Below, in pieces: positions 51,787 through 64,000 of a stretch of 64,000 bases of DNA (the stretch's first letter is position 1; each line of letters opens with the position of its first letter). A program made the position numbers and the translations under genes. The notes under the pieces are model-generated. The model did not search any database. It saw nothing but the letters and a program-made list of their open reading frames with translations, and was not told the DNA's origin. Source of the stretch: Octopus sinensis (taxonomy: Eukaryota); the NCBI RefSeq assembly GCF_006345805.1, contig NC_043002.1, positions 101,246,001 to 101,310,000 on the forward strand, in the 5' to 3' direction.

Positions 51787-51995
51787 AAAGGGAAAGTTTA
51801 CGAAAATAAACAAAAGATGAAGGCAGGTGGAGTACAAAGAAACAAAGTATTAGTATAGCGCTCAGGAATAGAAATAGAAGTCTTTTACGTTTCGAGCCTA
51901 CGCTCTTCGACAGAAAGATACACAGAAAAAAAAACAAGGAGAGAAACAAGGAGAGAAAAAATGCGTGTACGAGCTAACGATCTATGATGGCGTCC
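51787..51995 (-). mobile_element. Solo PLE pLTR with A6U hammerhead-like motif (51881-51918)
   Basis: Reverse complement aligns with 15000-15236; motif UCUUU-CUGUCGA-A-GAGC(GUAG)GCUC-GAAA-CGUA-AAAGA. Confidence 0.85.
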
Positions 51996-52029
<34 letters not shown>

Positions 52030-52332
52030 GATGCACAACTCTCGCATTCAACGTGTCCCTTTACAAACAAACTGCATATTCTATTGTACTTAGCTATATG
52101 CAAGTTTTCCCTTTCTCACAGAAGACTTCGTATTTTTTATGATATAAACGATGAGGATGCAACCAAGGATAGTTTTCCATTGAAAAGAAAAGAGCGATCA
52201 GTAGAGAGAAATATTTTTACAATCATCGATAAAGAGAACAGTTTGGGGAAGGTGGTCGAATGAGGAAAGGATTTTTGAAGGGGAAAGGATTATCTATCCA
52301 TTTATCTATCTATCCATCCATCCGGCTGTCTG

Positions 52333-52399
<67 letters not shown>

Positions 52400-53659
52400 A
52401 TCTCTCTCTCTCTTTATCTCTCGCTGTCCCACTAATTCTACCTACTTTCACTTTCTATATATGTATGTATACATACGCCCACACAGACGCACGCATATCG
52501 GTAAATAGATAGTTAGGTATATAACTAGACAGATAGATATATAATTTGCAACAGATACATATAAATAGAAGATGCGGGAAGAAATAAGGAAGAAGGAGCC
52601 AGAAAGTGAGAACAGGCCTACCTGCCCGCCTACATACCTATCTATCAATCTGTCTGTCTCTCTCTTTTTTTCTCTCTCTCTCTATCTAGCTATCTATCTG
52701 TCTATCTATCTATAAAGTTAGAAATTGTGAGGAAAAATTATAAATTATCGGCCTTACAGGAGGGGCATATTGACATTAAAATATTTGAAATACTTTTAGT
52801 ACAACTTCCACCCTTCCAAAATAAAATTTAAAAAAACAGAAAAAGCAATTTAGAAGAAAAGTAAAACTAAAGAAAAATTAAACTATGAAATAGCTAAAAA
52901 GATAAACACACATTAAAATACTTAATTTTTTTGAGAAAAAATTTTTTTTCTGGTTATGCAAAGAAAAAAATAAATGAAAATAAATAACAGAAAGAAAAAC
53001 ACCATCGTTTGCTAATAAATAAATAAATAAAAGTATTTAGTTGATAGTTATTGCATTGACTATTTTCCATCAACCGATTATTGTCAAAATATTGCAAATG
53101 GTTTGTTTTCCATTTCACCATTCCTGTTTTTGTTTTGACATTAAACGGGAATATATCTGTGCGTTTGTTTGTGCAATCTGTACGGAGTCGTAACGATTCA
53201 TAAAACATTGCTGTAAAATCGATAACATACTTTAAATAAAACATATCAAAAAATTCCAGTCTCACTCCCTTGCTCTCACTCTCTCTCTCTCTCTCTCTCT
53301 CTCAACTCCCCATCTCAATATCACCCTCTCTCTCTCTTTCTGTCTCCACTCTCTTCCTGTATCTCTTTTGCCTCCCCCTCTCTCATCCCATCTATCTCTT
53401 TCCTTCTCTCATCCTCTCGCTCCTATTCTCGTCGCTTTGAATTTTGCATTTGATTTTTCAATTTTTAAACTTCGATTATTTTATTTTACATTATTCTTCA
53501 AGATTTTTTTTTATCTTACTTTATTTGAATATCTATTTATTTATTTCATAAAATATTCTTTAATTTTTATTTTTTATTAATTATACCGCTTGCTCAATTT
53601 TTTCTTTCGTTTCGAAAGACAAATTTGGATGTATGTAAACATATGTATGAAGGTGTATA

Positions 53660-55330
<1,671 letters not shown>

Positions 55331-55777
55331 ATCATGTTAAACCCACCCTTGATATCAGTGAAGTATATACGGTTGATTTTTTCAAGTACAATTTTTAATT
55401 TAAAGCATATATTGGGAATATGAACTTATATGACTGAAAACTACAACGTATATTTGTATTCTTTGTACATACATACGCTTATATACACCATGCGTACACA
55501 CTCACATATACACTCATACACATAAAAAAATTTACATATATATACACATACACAGAGACACAAGCACACATGCACATTAATATGTTTATGTTACTTCGCA
55601 TATAGACAGCAATACACACACACGTTTACAAATCGCTTTCACAAATTATTTCACACACATATACACACGGTTTTTCTTGTTTTTCTTAAACATTTATAAG
55701 CTCACAGACACACACAGAGATAAATATGAATACGTTTACACATAAACGCACACATACAATTGCATACTTTCAAAATC

Positions 55778-55829
<52 letters not shown>

Positions 55830-57469
55830 ACATGTCATGCGTGTGTTATTAATGAAGAAAACTCTTGAGTTTCAATTCTCGTATCACAAACATGTGTGTG
55901 TGTGTGTGTCTATGTATATAAGTGAGTATATATGCAATAAGGTATGTGTATATGTATGTGAGTCTCTCTCTATATATCTAAGCAAGTATTTATGTATGTG
56001 TATATATCTATGAATTTTGTTTATTAGAATTGTTCCTTGAAGGACGAAGCTGGTTTATAAAAAAGAAACAATTCTACAATTTGGATTATAACAACGATAA
56101 TTGTTACATGCTGATCTTACGAAGTCTTACAGATTACATATATGAAGCGCGTATTAGCTGGCCTCTTTCTTTGCCCGAAGAGTCTAGCTTACTTAGACAT
56201 TTATTTAATATAGAGATTTGCTAACATACCCAATATCTTGTCCCGAGTCATCTGGATTTTGCAGAGAGACATGATCCTGACAGTTGGAGAGGCGACTGGA
56301 TGAAAGAGTAGTCGGAGATTTGGCAGAATTTAACAAGGAAACACCTGCATCACTCCACTCGGCTGCTATTTCTGTCAAAGTTGTTTCCTTGTGCGAAACA
56401 ATAATTTTTTTCAAATCTAAGTTGGGTTTGGTCACAGATGATCCAACCATCCAACATGTACTGAGTCACATGTTATATTTGGAACTGAGGCGTGATCTGA
56501 CATTTTGAAAAGTACGTGTTGTTAATAATTTTTTTGCCTCCAAATCTAAGTTTTCAACACTGTCGCAAATGACATTTAATACCGAAGCCAAGTGCACCAT
56601 ACGTATTGGCAGTGATGCGATAAGAAACCCATAGTTTTCGAAGTAGTCCGTAAATGCTCCCTTTCAAAACGATTTTGAAAGAAGTATCCTCTGCGGTACA
56701 TTCAACTTCTATGTCAATATATTTTGTTGCCTATTCCGAATTAGCCCAGTTACATTCGAATTTGCCTTGGTATTTCTTGTGCACGTTATGTGGAAGGGAG
56801 TAAAGAGGCCGCAGATATTAAGGAAGTTGTTTATTACGCGTTTAACTATCAAATATAAACGTTACTCTCGGCTGATTTCCATTTGTCTATCAACAGAAAA
56901 TATTGTCAATAAATCCAATTGATTCTATTATAGCCGTTTATCTGGTTCGCAAAGAAACCATGATTTACGTTGCTGTCTCTTTCTGTAGAAAGAAATGACC
57001 GTGAACATAGTACCAAAATGAACTGAAGCACAGAGAAATTGGTTCCTTGGAAAGTTTCTTTGATCGATTTATAACTTTAAAGACGATCATTTGGCTATCG
57101 GTAATAACCAGGTGTTTGTGATCCTTTCTGCTGGAGCAGGAGGGATTTTGGCTCAATGTATTTCCTTCAGTAATCATTTGTAGCAAATAGAATCAATCAA
57201 GTGTCTTTCAGTAGTCAAGCCATTCTCTACCAAGGTTTCTAACATTTTTAGACGCAACAACTTTATTTCTGAAATGTTGTTCAGCATTTGGCACAAGTAT
57301 GGCTGTATTGCCAGGAAGATAATCTTAATTAGCATCCACGTACGTCGGTGCAGCAGCCCCACCACCACCACCACCACCGCCGAGCTGATCAATGCCTTGG
57401 GATCACACACACACAAACGTACACACACACATATGTATATGAATATATACGTGTGTCTCCGAGTCTCTG

Positions 57470-57985
57470 TCCCCACCACGGCTTGGCAACCGGTGTTGGT
57501 TTGTTCATGTCCCCGCAATATAGCTTTTCTGCTGAGACCTATATGGTGAGTACCAAAAAACTTGAAAAAAGTAGTGGAGTCACATTGTTCGAGTAAAACC
57601 GTTCAGCGTGGTTGCCACAGTATTGAGCGAAATAAGTAAACGATAAAAGATGAAAGATATCTTTACAAATCCCTGCTCATCAGTCACTACTTTATTAAAA
57701 TCTCAACACTTGGGGAGAAAGTGTTCTGGCAAGCCTATGCAAATGTTATGAATAATGCTTAGACAAGCATCTATTTAATCTTCTGCTTGTTTCAGTTACT
57801 GGAACGTGGCCATGTTGGGGTAGCCCCTTCAAGGATATAGCCGATTAAGGATATAGCCGAACAAATCAACTCCAGTACTTATTACTTTCCAAGCCTGGTA
57901 ATTATTCTATTTGTCTCTTTTGCCGAATCGCTTATTACACGGGACGTAAATAAGCCAACAGCGGTTGTCATGCGGTGGTGGTGGT
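57470..57985. mobile_element. Two decayed family C SINE tails in opposite orientation (about 57470-57645 +, about 57790-57985 -)
   Basis: GGCAACCGGTGTTGGTTTGTTCATGTCCCC and the reverse-strand TGCCGAATCGCTTATTACACGGGACGTAAATAAGCCAACAGCGGTTGTC. Confidence 0.65.
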
Positions 57986-58057
57986 GGACAAATACAAAGA
58001 TACACGCACGCATGCATAAACACACACGCAGATATGCATTGAAGCACACATACATAC

Positions 58058-58775
58058 CAATGTGAAATATATCACTCACATCATCAACAGCTGCTCCAAA
58101 ATGCCTACGAGATATTATCTGCCCCTGACGCATAATATAGTTAGAAAGACTATTTACAATGCTATTCGCAAGAAGGGCTGCCCTGACATATACATGAAAG
58201 ACATGTCAGAAACAGCAGGTATTCACACTTTAAGAACAAGGAACACTGGTGGAACATCCAATAAAAACATCAATTCAGTGCAAACACGACAGACCGGATA
58301 TTCTTCTGTGGAAGAAGGAACAAATGACATCCACTGCTGTGGAGGCCAGTTGCCGAGCGGATGTGAACGTTTATGGCGAATTACTGCTAGACTTACAGCT
58401 CTTGTACCCAGACTATGAATTCTGATTTGTACTTATTATCAGAGGTGTATTAAGTTATGTTACAAAAAATTGGTTCAAAAACCTAGAAATACTCGCTTTC
58501 ACAGAATAAAGAGCAAAAGAAACTGACACAGATTTTCCAAATTCAATTTATTAGCGGCACAGTCAAGATTTGCAAAACATTCCAAAAATTCTCCACGTGA
58601 GAATCTTATGTGAATAAGATGCACACACTTAGGCGTATGCACCAACAGTTCAACCAAAATATCAACTCATCCACATATTTACAAACACCGGGAACTCCCT
58701 TAACTCATAAAGTCTTGTTTCTTTGCTCGCAACCGACATGAACACTCTGAAGAAGAACTTAAACAAAAATCACCC
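58058..58775 (+). mobile_element. REL-endonuclease LINE 3' fragment related to 36250-36920, with 3' UTR
   Basis: ITHIINSCSKMPTRYYLPLTHNIVRKTIYNAIRKK; frameshifted KHDRPDILLW; KICKTF near the end. Confidence 0.8.
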
Positions 58776-59176
58776 ATTTATTCGCTGTGAAGTTGGATTG
58801 AAATCGAAACCAAGCGGCTGCAAAGCAAATCTCTCACTCATACAGCCATGACTTTGGTGCCGATGTTGGAATGATGATCTAATCTTTCATAATTCTTTTA
58901 ATATATATATATATATATTAATAACTTCCTGTGGAACGTCAACATGTTATACCAGTATTAGCATTCAAGTATGGCGTCTTCTCTTGTCGCCTTCCCATTA
59001 TGCTGATTCTCGTCTGGTTTGGTGAAACTTTCAAGACTGATTGCAAAGTTTTATTGTTGATGTTGACGACGCAGAATTTTCTTAACAGTATTTAACCATG
59101 ATGAACGCCGAATGAAATTCTTTTCATTCTGGAACCAAAATGGCTTGGTGATGTTCAACGATTTATACGAAGACCT

Positions 59177-59772
59177 GGGAAGATCGTGTTTGTGTGTGGC
59201 AAATGCTCAAGAGCAATAAATACTGAAAATGTGCAGAGAACAACTTCTGTCACATTCCAGGGGAAAAAAAAACTACAAGTAGTTGGTAGCTTCCGTTACC
59301 TGGGGGACCAAGTCAGCAGCAGGGGTAGATGCTCTGAAAGTGTAGCTGATAGAGTAAGAATAGCCTGGGTAAAGTTCAGAGAGTTCCTACTTCTGCTGAT
59401 GACAAAGGGCCTCTCACTCAGAGTAAAAGGTAGATTGTATGACGCATTTGTGCGAAGAGCCATGCTACATGGCAGTGAAATATGGGCGGTGACTGCTGAA
59501 GACGTGTAAGCTTGCAAGGAATGAAGCAAATATGCTCCGATGGGTGTGTAATGTCAGCGTGCCTACACGACAGAGTGTAAGCGCCCTGAGAGAAAAGTTG
59601 GACTTAAGAAGCATCATATGTGGTGTGCAAGACAGACGACTGCGCTGGTATGGTCATGTCTTGTTGCGAATGGATGAGGGCAGCTGTGTGAAAAAGTGTT
59701 ACACCCTAGTAGTTGAGGAAATCTGTGGAAGAGGTAGACCCAGGAAAACCTGGGATGAGGTGGTGAAGCAAG
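59177..59772 (+). mobile_element. RTE-clade LINE RT C-terminal fragment
   Basis: SFRYLGDQVSS...RIAWVKFRE...KGRLYDAFVRRAMLHGSEIW; MLRWVC...RRLRWYGHV...GRGRPRKTWDEVVKQ. Confidence 0.92.
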
Positions 59773-60650
59773 TATAAAAGAGATGAAAGAGGCAGTGGTA
59801 TACGAAGTGAGAAAGGAGGAAGGAGAAAGGCGAAATGTACGTTTGGTGCAATGTAGTCAACAGGGACAGTGCCTGAGATGGGAGAAATACGTGATCAGCC
59901 GCAGAATATCATGGAAAGAACTTTGGGGTTGGGAACAAGCAAGAACATCCTTCCTGATCAAGTCTACCTTCGACGTTCTACCCTCACCGGCGAACTTAGT
60001 CCGTTGGAACATAAAAACAACCGATGGGTGTAGATGCAGACTAGCACTAGAAAGATATACATGGCGTCATAATCAAGTCCTCGGCGTCATAAGCGCAGCA
60101 CTCAAGGAGAAGATCGAGTGATACAATAGGGGGGGGGGGATTACCCAAAAGTGGAAAAGCACAGGAAAGTATACTTCCAGAAGGAGGGAAAAGGATATGA
60201 AAACAGGCCTACAAATAAAATATACGAGATAGACGAAACATAGAAGGGATACTGGGAGGTGGCCACGGATTTGGAAAGACATTTCCGCTCATAAAAACGA
60301 CAAAAAGACCAGATTTAGTCCTATGGAACAGAAAACGGAGAATAGAAATTGTGCTAGAACTGACAGTACCTTGGGAAGAGAACATCGACAATGCAGAAAA
60401 ACGAAAGAAGAGGTACGAAAAACTAATCGAAGAGTGCAGAGAACAGGTATGGACTGTCGAGTATTACCACCTGGCAGTGGGGGCTAGGGGCTTCATTGAA
60501 AGAAAAATGACAACGCTATTCAAAAGAAGATCTGTTTTTCTTGCTCGGAGCTGAGAAAGCTAATAATAAGAGTACATGAGGCGGTCGAAAAAGCCAGCTT
60601 CTATATATGGCTGAAGCGGGAAGACCAAAAATGGCTTGAAAGTCATAACA
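59773..60650 (+). mobile_element. Hero-like REL non-LTR retrotransposon 3' portion
   Basis: QQGQCLRWE...ISWKELW...SFLIKSTFDVLPSPANL; RYTWRHNQVL; KRPDLVLW...LELTVPWEE...AVGARGF. Confidence 0.85.
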
Positions 60651-61734
60651 TGCCGGCGGAAAATAACATCACAAGGTGAGACAAGCTGACACTGAATTAG
60701 CTTCCCTGATTGACAGGTGACGGTCGTTTAGAGAATGCGTGGGCAAAGACTATGCGCCTTCATTGGTCAGTTCAAGTTGAGACAGTGTCACGTAACAACT
60801 TGCTGGGGATGCCTGCTGGAGTCTGTCAGCAGGTATTTAAAGGGAAAAATTTGACAAATCAGTCAGTCGCCGGCTGACACTCGTTGACGCCACATCGAAG
60901 AGGCCAATGAAAAGAAGACAACTCCGAAACAGTAGAGGAGTAGGGGCCAAAACTGGACGTGGTTCCTCCTGAGGATGTTTTGAGCTAACTGGATCCTATA
61001 AAGGAGCTGTTGTGGTAGCAGACCACGAAACACGGTTGAAATTCCTCCGTTTATTGAGAATAACGAACATTGTGTGTTGACACTCAGAGCTGGATACTGG
61101 TCATAAGTATTACTAGATGTTTCCTTTATTCCTTAATTTCCTGATTAAACAAGTACCTCTCACCACAAAAAAATAATTTAGGAGTCAATTAGATAGCAGG
61201 AAATGCCCATAAAGAGGTAGGTTAGGGGTGACATTAACTCTTGTCATTATTTTCAGTCAACTGAAATTTGAAACTTTGGGCGCTATAATTGGATTTAGGA
61301 AAACATTAATAAAAACCGTGTATTATCATGTTATATAAAAATAAAAGTAATTTTTTTTAATGTTTAGAACGTGATATCAGAGTCAAGTGAGATAAAAGGG
61401 ATATACAGATCCGTTTAAACATTAAAAAGAAGATTACTGTTATGTAGAATCAAGGTAATACCTCATCATTACATAGCTATTAGGCAATCACTACGAAAAC
61501 CACTCAGACAGCTTACAGAATGTATCTGGAAACATATGCACATTATCTATTGCTTGAAAGTAAGGGATGAGTAGCAGGGTAAATTTTTAAAATTTTAGGG
61601 AATAAGTATTCCAGGATCTCAGGATATTTACTATTTTACACTTTATTAATGCAATGTAAACAGTATCATTTATAACATCATTAAATATTTGGGATTTTAC
61701 CAATAGAACCGCAACTCCTATTTCCGGATAGCCT

Positions 61735-62346
61735 TAGATGTAGTGTGCAAGAGAGACGACTGCTCTAGAATGGCCATGTGTCGAGAATGGATGTGGATAG
61801 CTGTGTGAAAAAGTGCCACACCCTAGCGGTTGAGGTAGATTCAGGAAGACCTGGGATGAGGTGGTGAAGCAAGACCTTCGAACATTGGGCCTCACTGAGG
61901 CAATGACAAGTGACTGAGACCTTTGGAGATATGCTGTGCTTGAGAAGACCCGGTAAGCCAAGTGAGACCATAACCCTGGCATATGCCAGTGCTGTATAAC
62001 CAGCCCATTTAAGTACCCTTCAATCACTTGACAATAAACTATGCTTGCAAAGACCTGTTGAGGCAAAGGAAATCATCGTCGTGGCCGATGACAGTGCTGC
62101 CTGATTGGCACTCGTGCTGATGGCACATAAAAGGCAACATTCATTGCCAGCGTGGCTTGACTGGCTTCTGTGCCGGCATGTAAAAGCACCCACTACACTC
62201 TAAGAGTGTTTGGCGTTAGGAAGGGCATCCAGCTGTAGAAATTCTGCCAGATAAGATTGGATCCCAGTGCAGCCTTCTGGCTCGCCAACCCTCAGTCAAA
62301 CAGTCCAGCCTATGCCAGCATGGAAAGTGGACGTTAAACGATGACC

Positions 62347-62395
<49 letters not shown>
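61735..62395 (+). mobile_element. RTE LINE 3' end with 3' UTR and (GAT)n tail
   Basis: Overlaps 59620-59772 in sequence and continues KTWDEVVKQDLRTLGLTEAMT; ends GTGGACGTTAAACGATGA then (GAT)n. Confidence 0.92.
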
Positions 62396-62396
<1 letters not shown>

Positions 62397-64000
62397 ATGA
62401 TGATTGATTTCCTTCACCCTCTGCAATGCAGCTTGTTCATGAGAAACAATCTTGGCTCGATGAAGACGTTATATGCGATAATGATGTGTTTTTAAACAAC
62501 TGTTTGAATTAATGTTTCGAATTTATTAATTTTCATCATAAGAGAATTGGAATGTAGAATTTATATATATTTTACTAACATATCATTATGATATTATCTA
62601 AATGTCATATTGAGTATGCTTAGATTTCTCTCTTTTTCGGAAGCCATGTCTACTGTGTCGGAAATCATGGCCCTCCATGACAAAGTCTGAAAATGTAGGA
62701 TTCTTCTTGGAAAAGATACAGCTGTGATTTTTCATTACCCTCTGCTGTTTTAGTTACAGTTTTTTTCTGTTAGTTTCCGATTCCCCTGTTCTTCTTGGCA
62801 GACTCTTGATCCATAGATTCTGTTTAACCCTTCAGCACGTTCACGTGACATCATGACATGTTTACAAACCGCTGGGTCTGCGTGGTATAAATCTAGGGAC
62901 TAGCAATTCTCTGCATCCTGTATGTATTGAGTATAAGATTATTTTCTGCTATTTACCCATAGTTGGGGGTCTGACAGGCACGACAGCTCGGGGCCAGAAA
63001 GGACAAGGGAGTAATGGTGACAAAGGGACAAGTCCACACTCCCGACAACTTCTGAACTCCTGAAATTAATCTCCACCGCTTATAGTTATGTTATCCGCCT
63101 TGGCTGTTTACGATCCATTATTTCATTAATTTGAGCACAGCTAATATTTCATACGCGTTATTTCATTATCACGGGCACTCCAGATCTCATATACATTGCC
63201 GTAGGCACTGCCAATATGTCTTATCATTGCTCCGAACATTGAAGATATCGTATGTGTGTTGTTTAGTGATAGAAGCTGTATATAAGCAGGTATTGATTGT
63301 CCAGTACGTGTTATCCTATGTTTCCACTCACTTTCTAGCGAAATCGCCAATGACATTTAACTTAGGAGCGGTGTATTATTCCCCTTCTCTCGTCAAAATT
63401 GTCTGTTGTATAAAGTTTACAAAAATTGCAAAGATTCAGTCTTTTAAAAATTGTCTTTTCTGTTTTAAGCTGAAAACATATTCAATAGTCATCGTACGGT
63501 GAACTACGAGTGTTGAAGTTAGCGGTGATGCGATAAAGTCGAATGCTAGTTTACTTTTTATCGTTGCATTCTTTAATAGATTTTCGGTTGTCCACTCATC
63601 AGAATTGCCACTTGTGACTGCCATTATGAGGGCAACGAAATACGCTTGTTGTCGAAGCTGTTTAGCTGTGAAGTAATTTAATATTCGAAAAACTTCATCT
63701 CAGTAATTCTTCAGCTGCTTCTTAATATCCATTAGAAAGATATTCACAAGCTTTTCATAGCCCGGAGCAAATCTTGATTTAAATGCAAAGATCAAATGAA
63801 GTGAAAAGAATAATTACGCTATTCCAGCTCAAAGATTTTGGCAGAACTTTTGGTATTCGGACTGATGTGATTGTTATCCATGTCAGCCGTAATTGAGAGG
63901 CGAAATACCATCCCGTGAAAAGGGTTTCCAACATCCTTGTATGAATAACGCCAAGTTGTTGAGTCTGTATATATATATGCACATGTAAAGGCGGCGAGTT

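Noticed and set aside
59177-62395. One RTE element split by the Hero insertion
   Set aside because: The two RTE pieces overlap by about 150 nt and differ in sequence, so they are separate copies.

Overview
AT-rich eukaryotic DNA that is almost entirely non-genic or intronic. The SINE families, the (TA)n/(CA)n/(TCTA)n microsatellite load and the LINE mix point to a coleoid cephalopod, probably Octopus (inference, not database-checked). I can support no host protein-coding gene; only a few weak exon candidates exist. Most listed ORFs are microsatellite artefacts or decayed transposon fragments. Recognisable content: tRNA-derived SINEs of about four families; LINE fragments (CR1-like, R4/Dong-like REL, Hero-like REL, RTE); Tc1/mariner and maT DNA transposons; and Penelope-like elements (PLEs). 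The most interesting signal is RNA structure the ORF track cannot show. I folded by eye seven type I hammerhead ribozyme (HHR) motifs with a canonical core, most with a long loop II and a 1-bp stem III capped by a palindromic tetraloop. There are also three copies of a non-canonical A6U variant and several decayed copies. Most sit in small non-coding elements: a tandem two-HHR/direct-repeat unit (23.2-24.1 kb), a 465-bp mini-PLE (25.9-26.3 kb) and a 260-bp inverted repeat with an HHR in each arm (48.5-49.4 kb). This suggests an octopus population of retrozyme-like, self-cleaving non-autonomous retroelements. All alignments and folds were done manually, and element boundaries are approximate unless stated.
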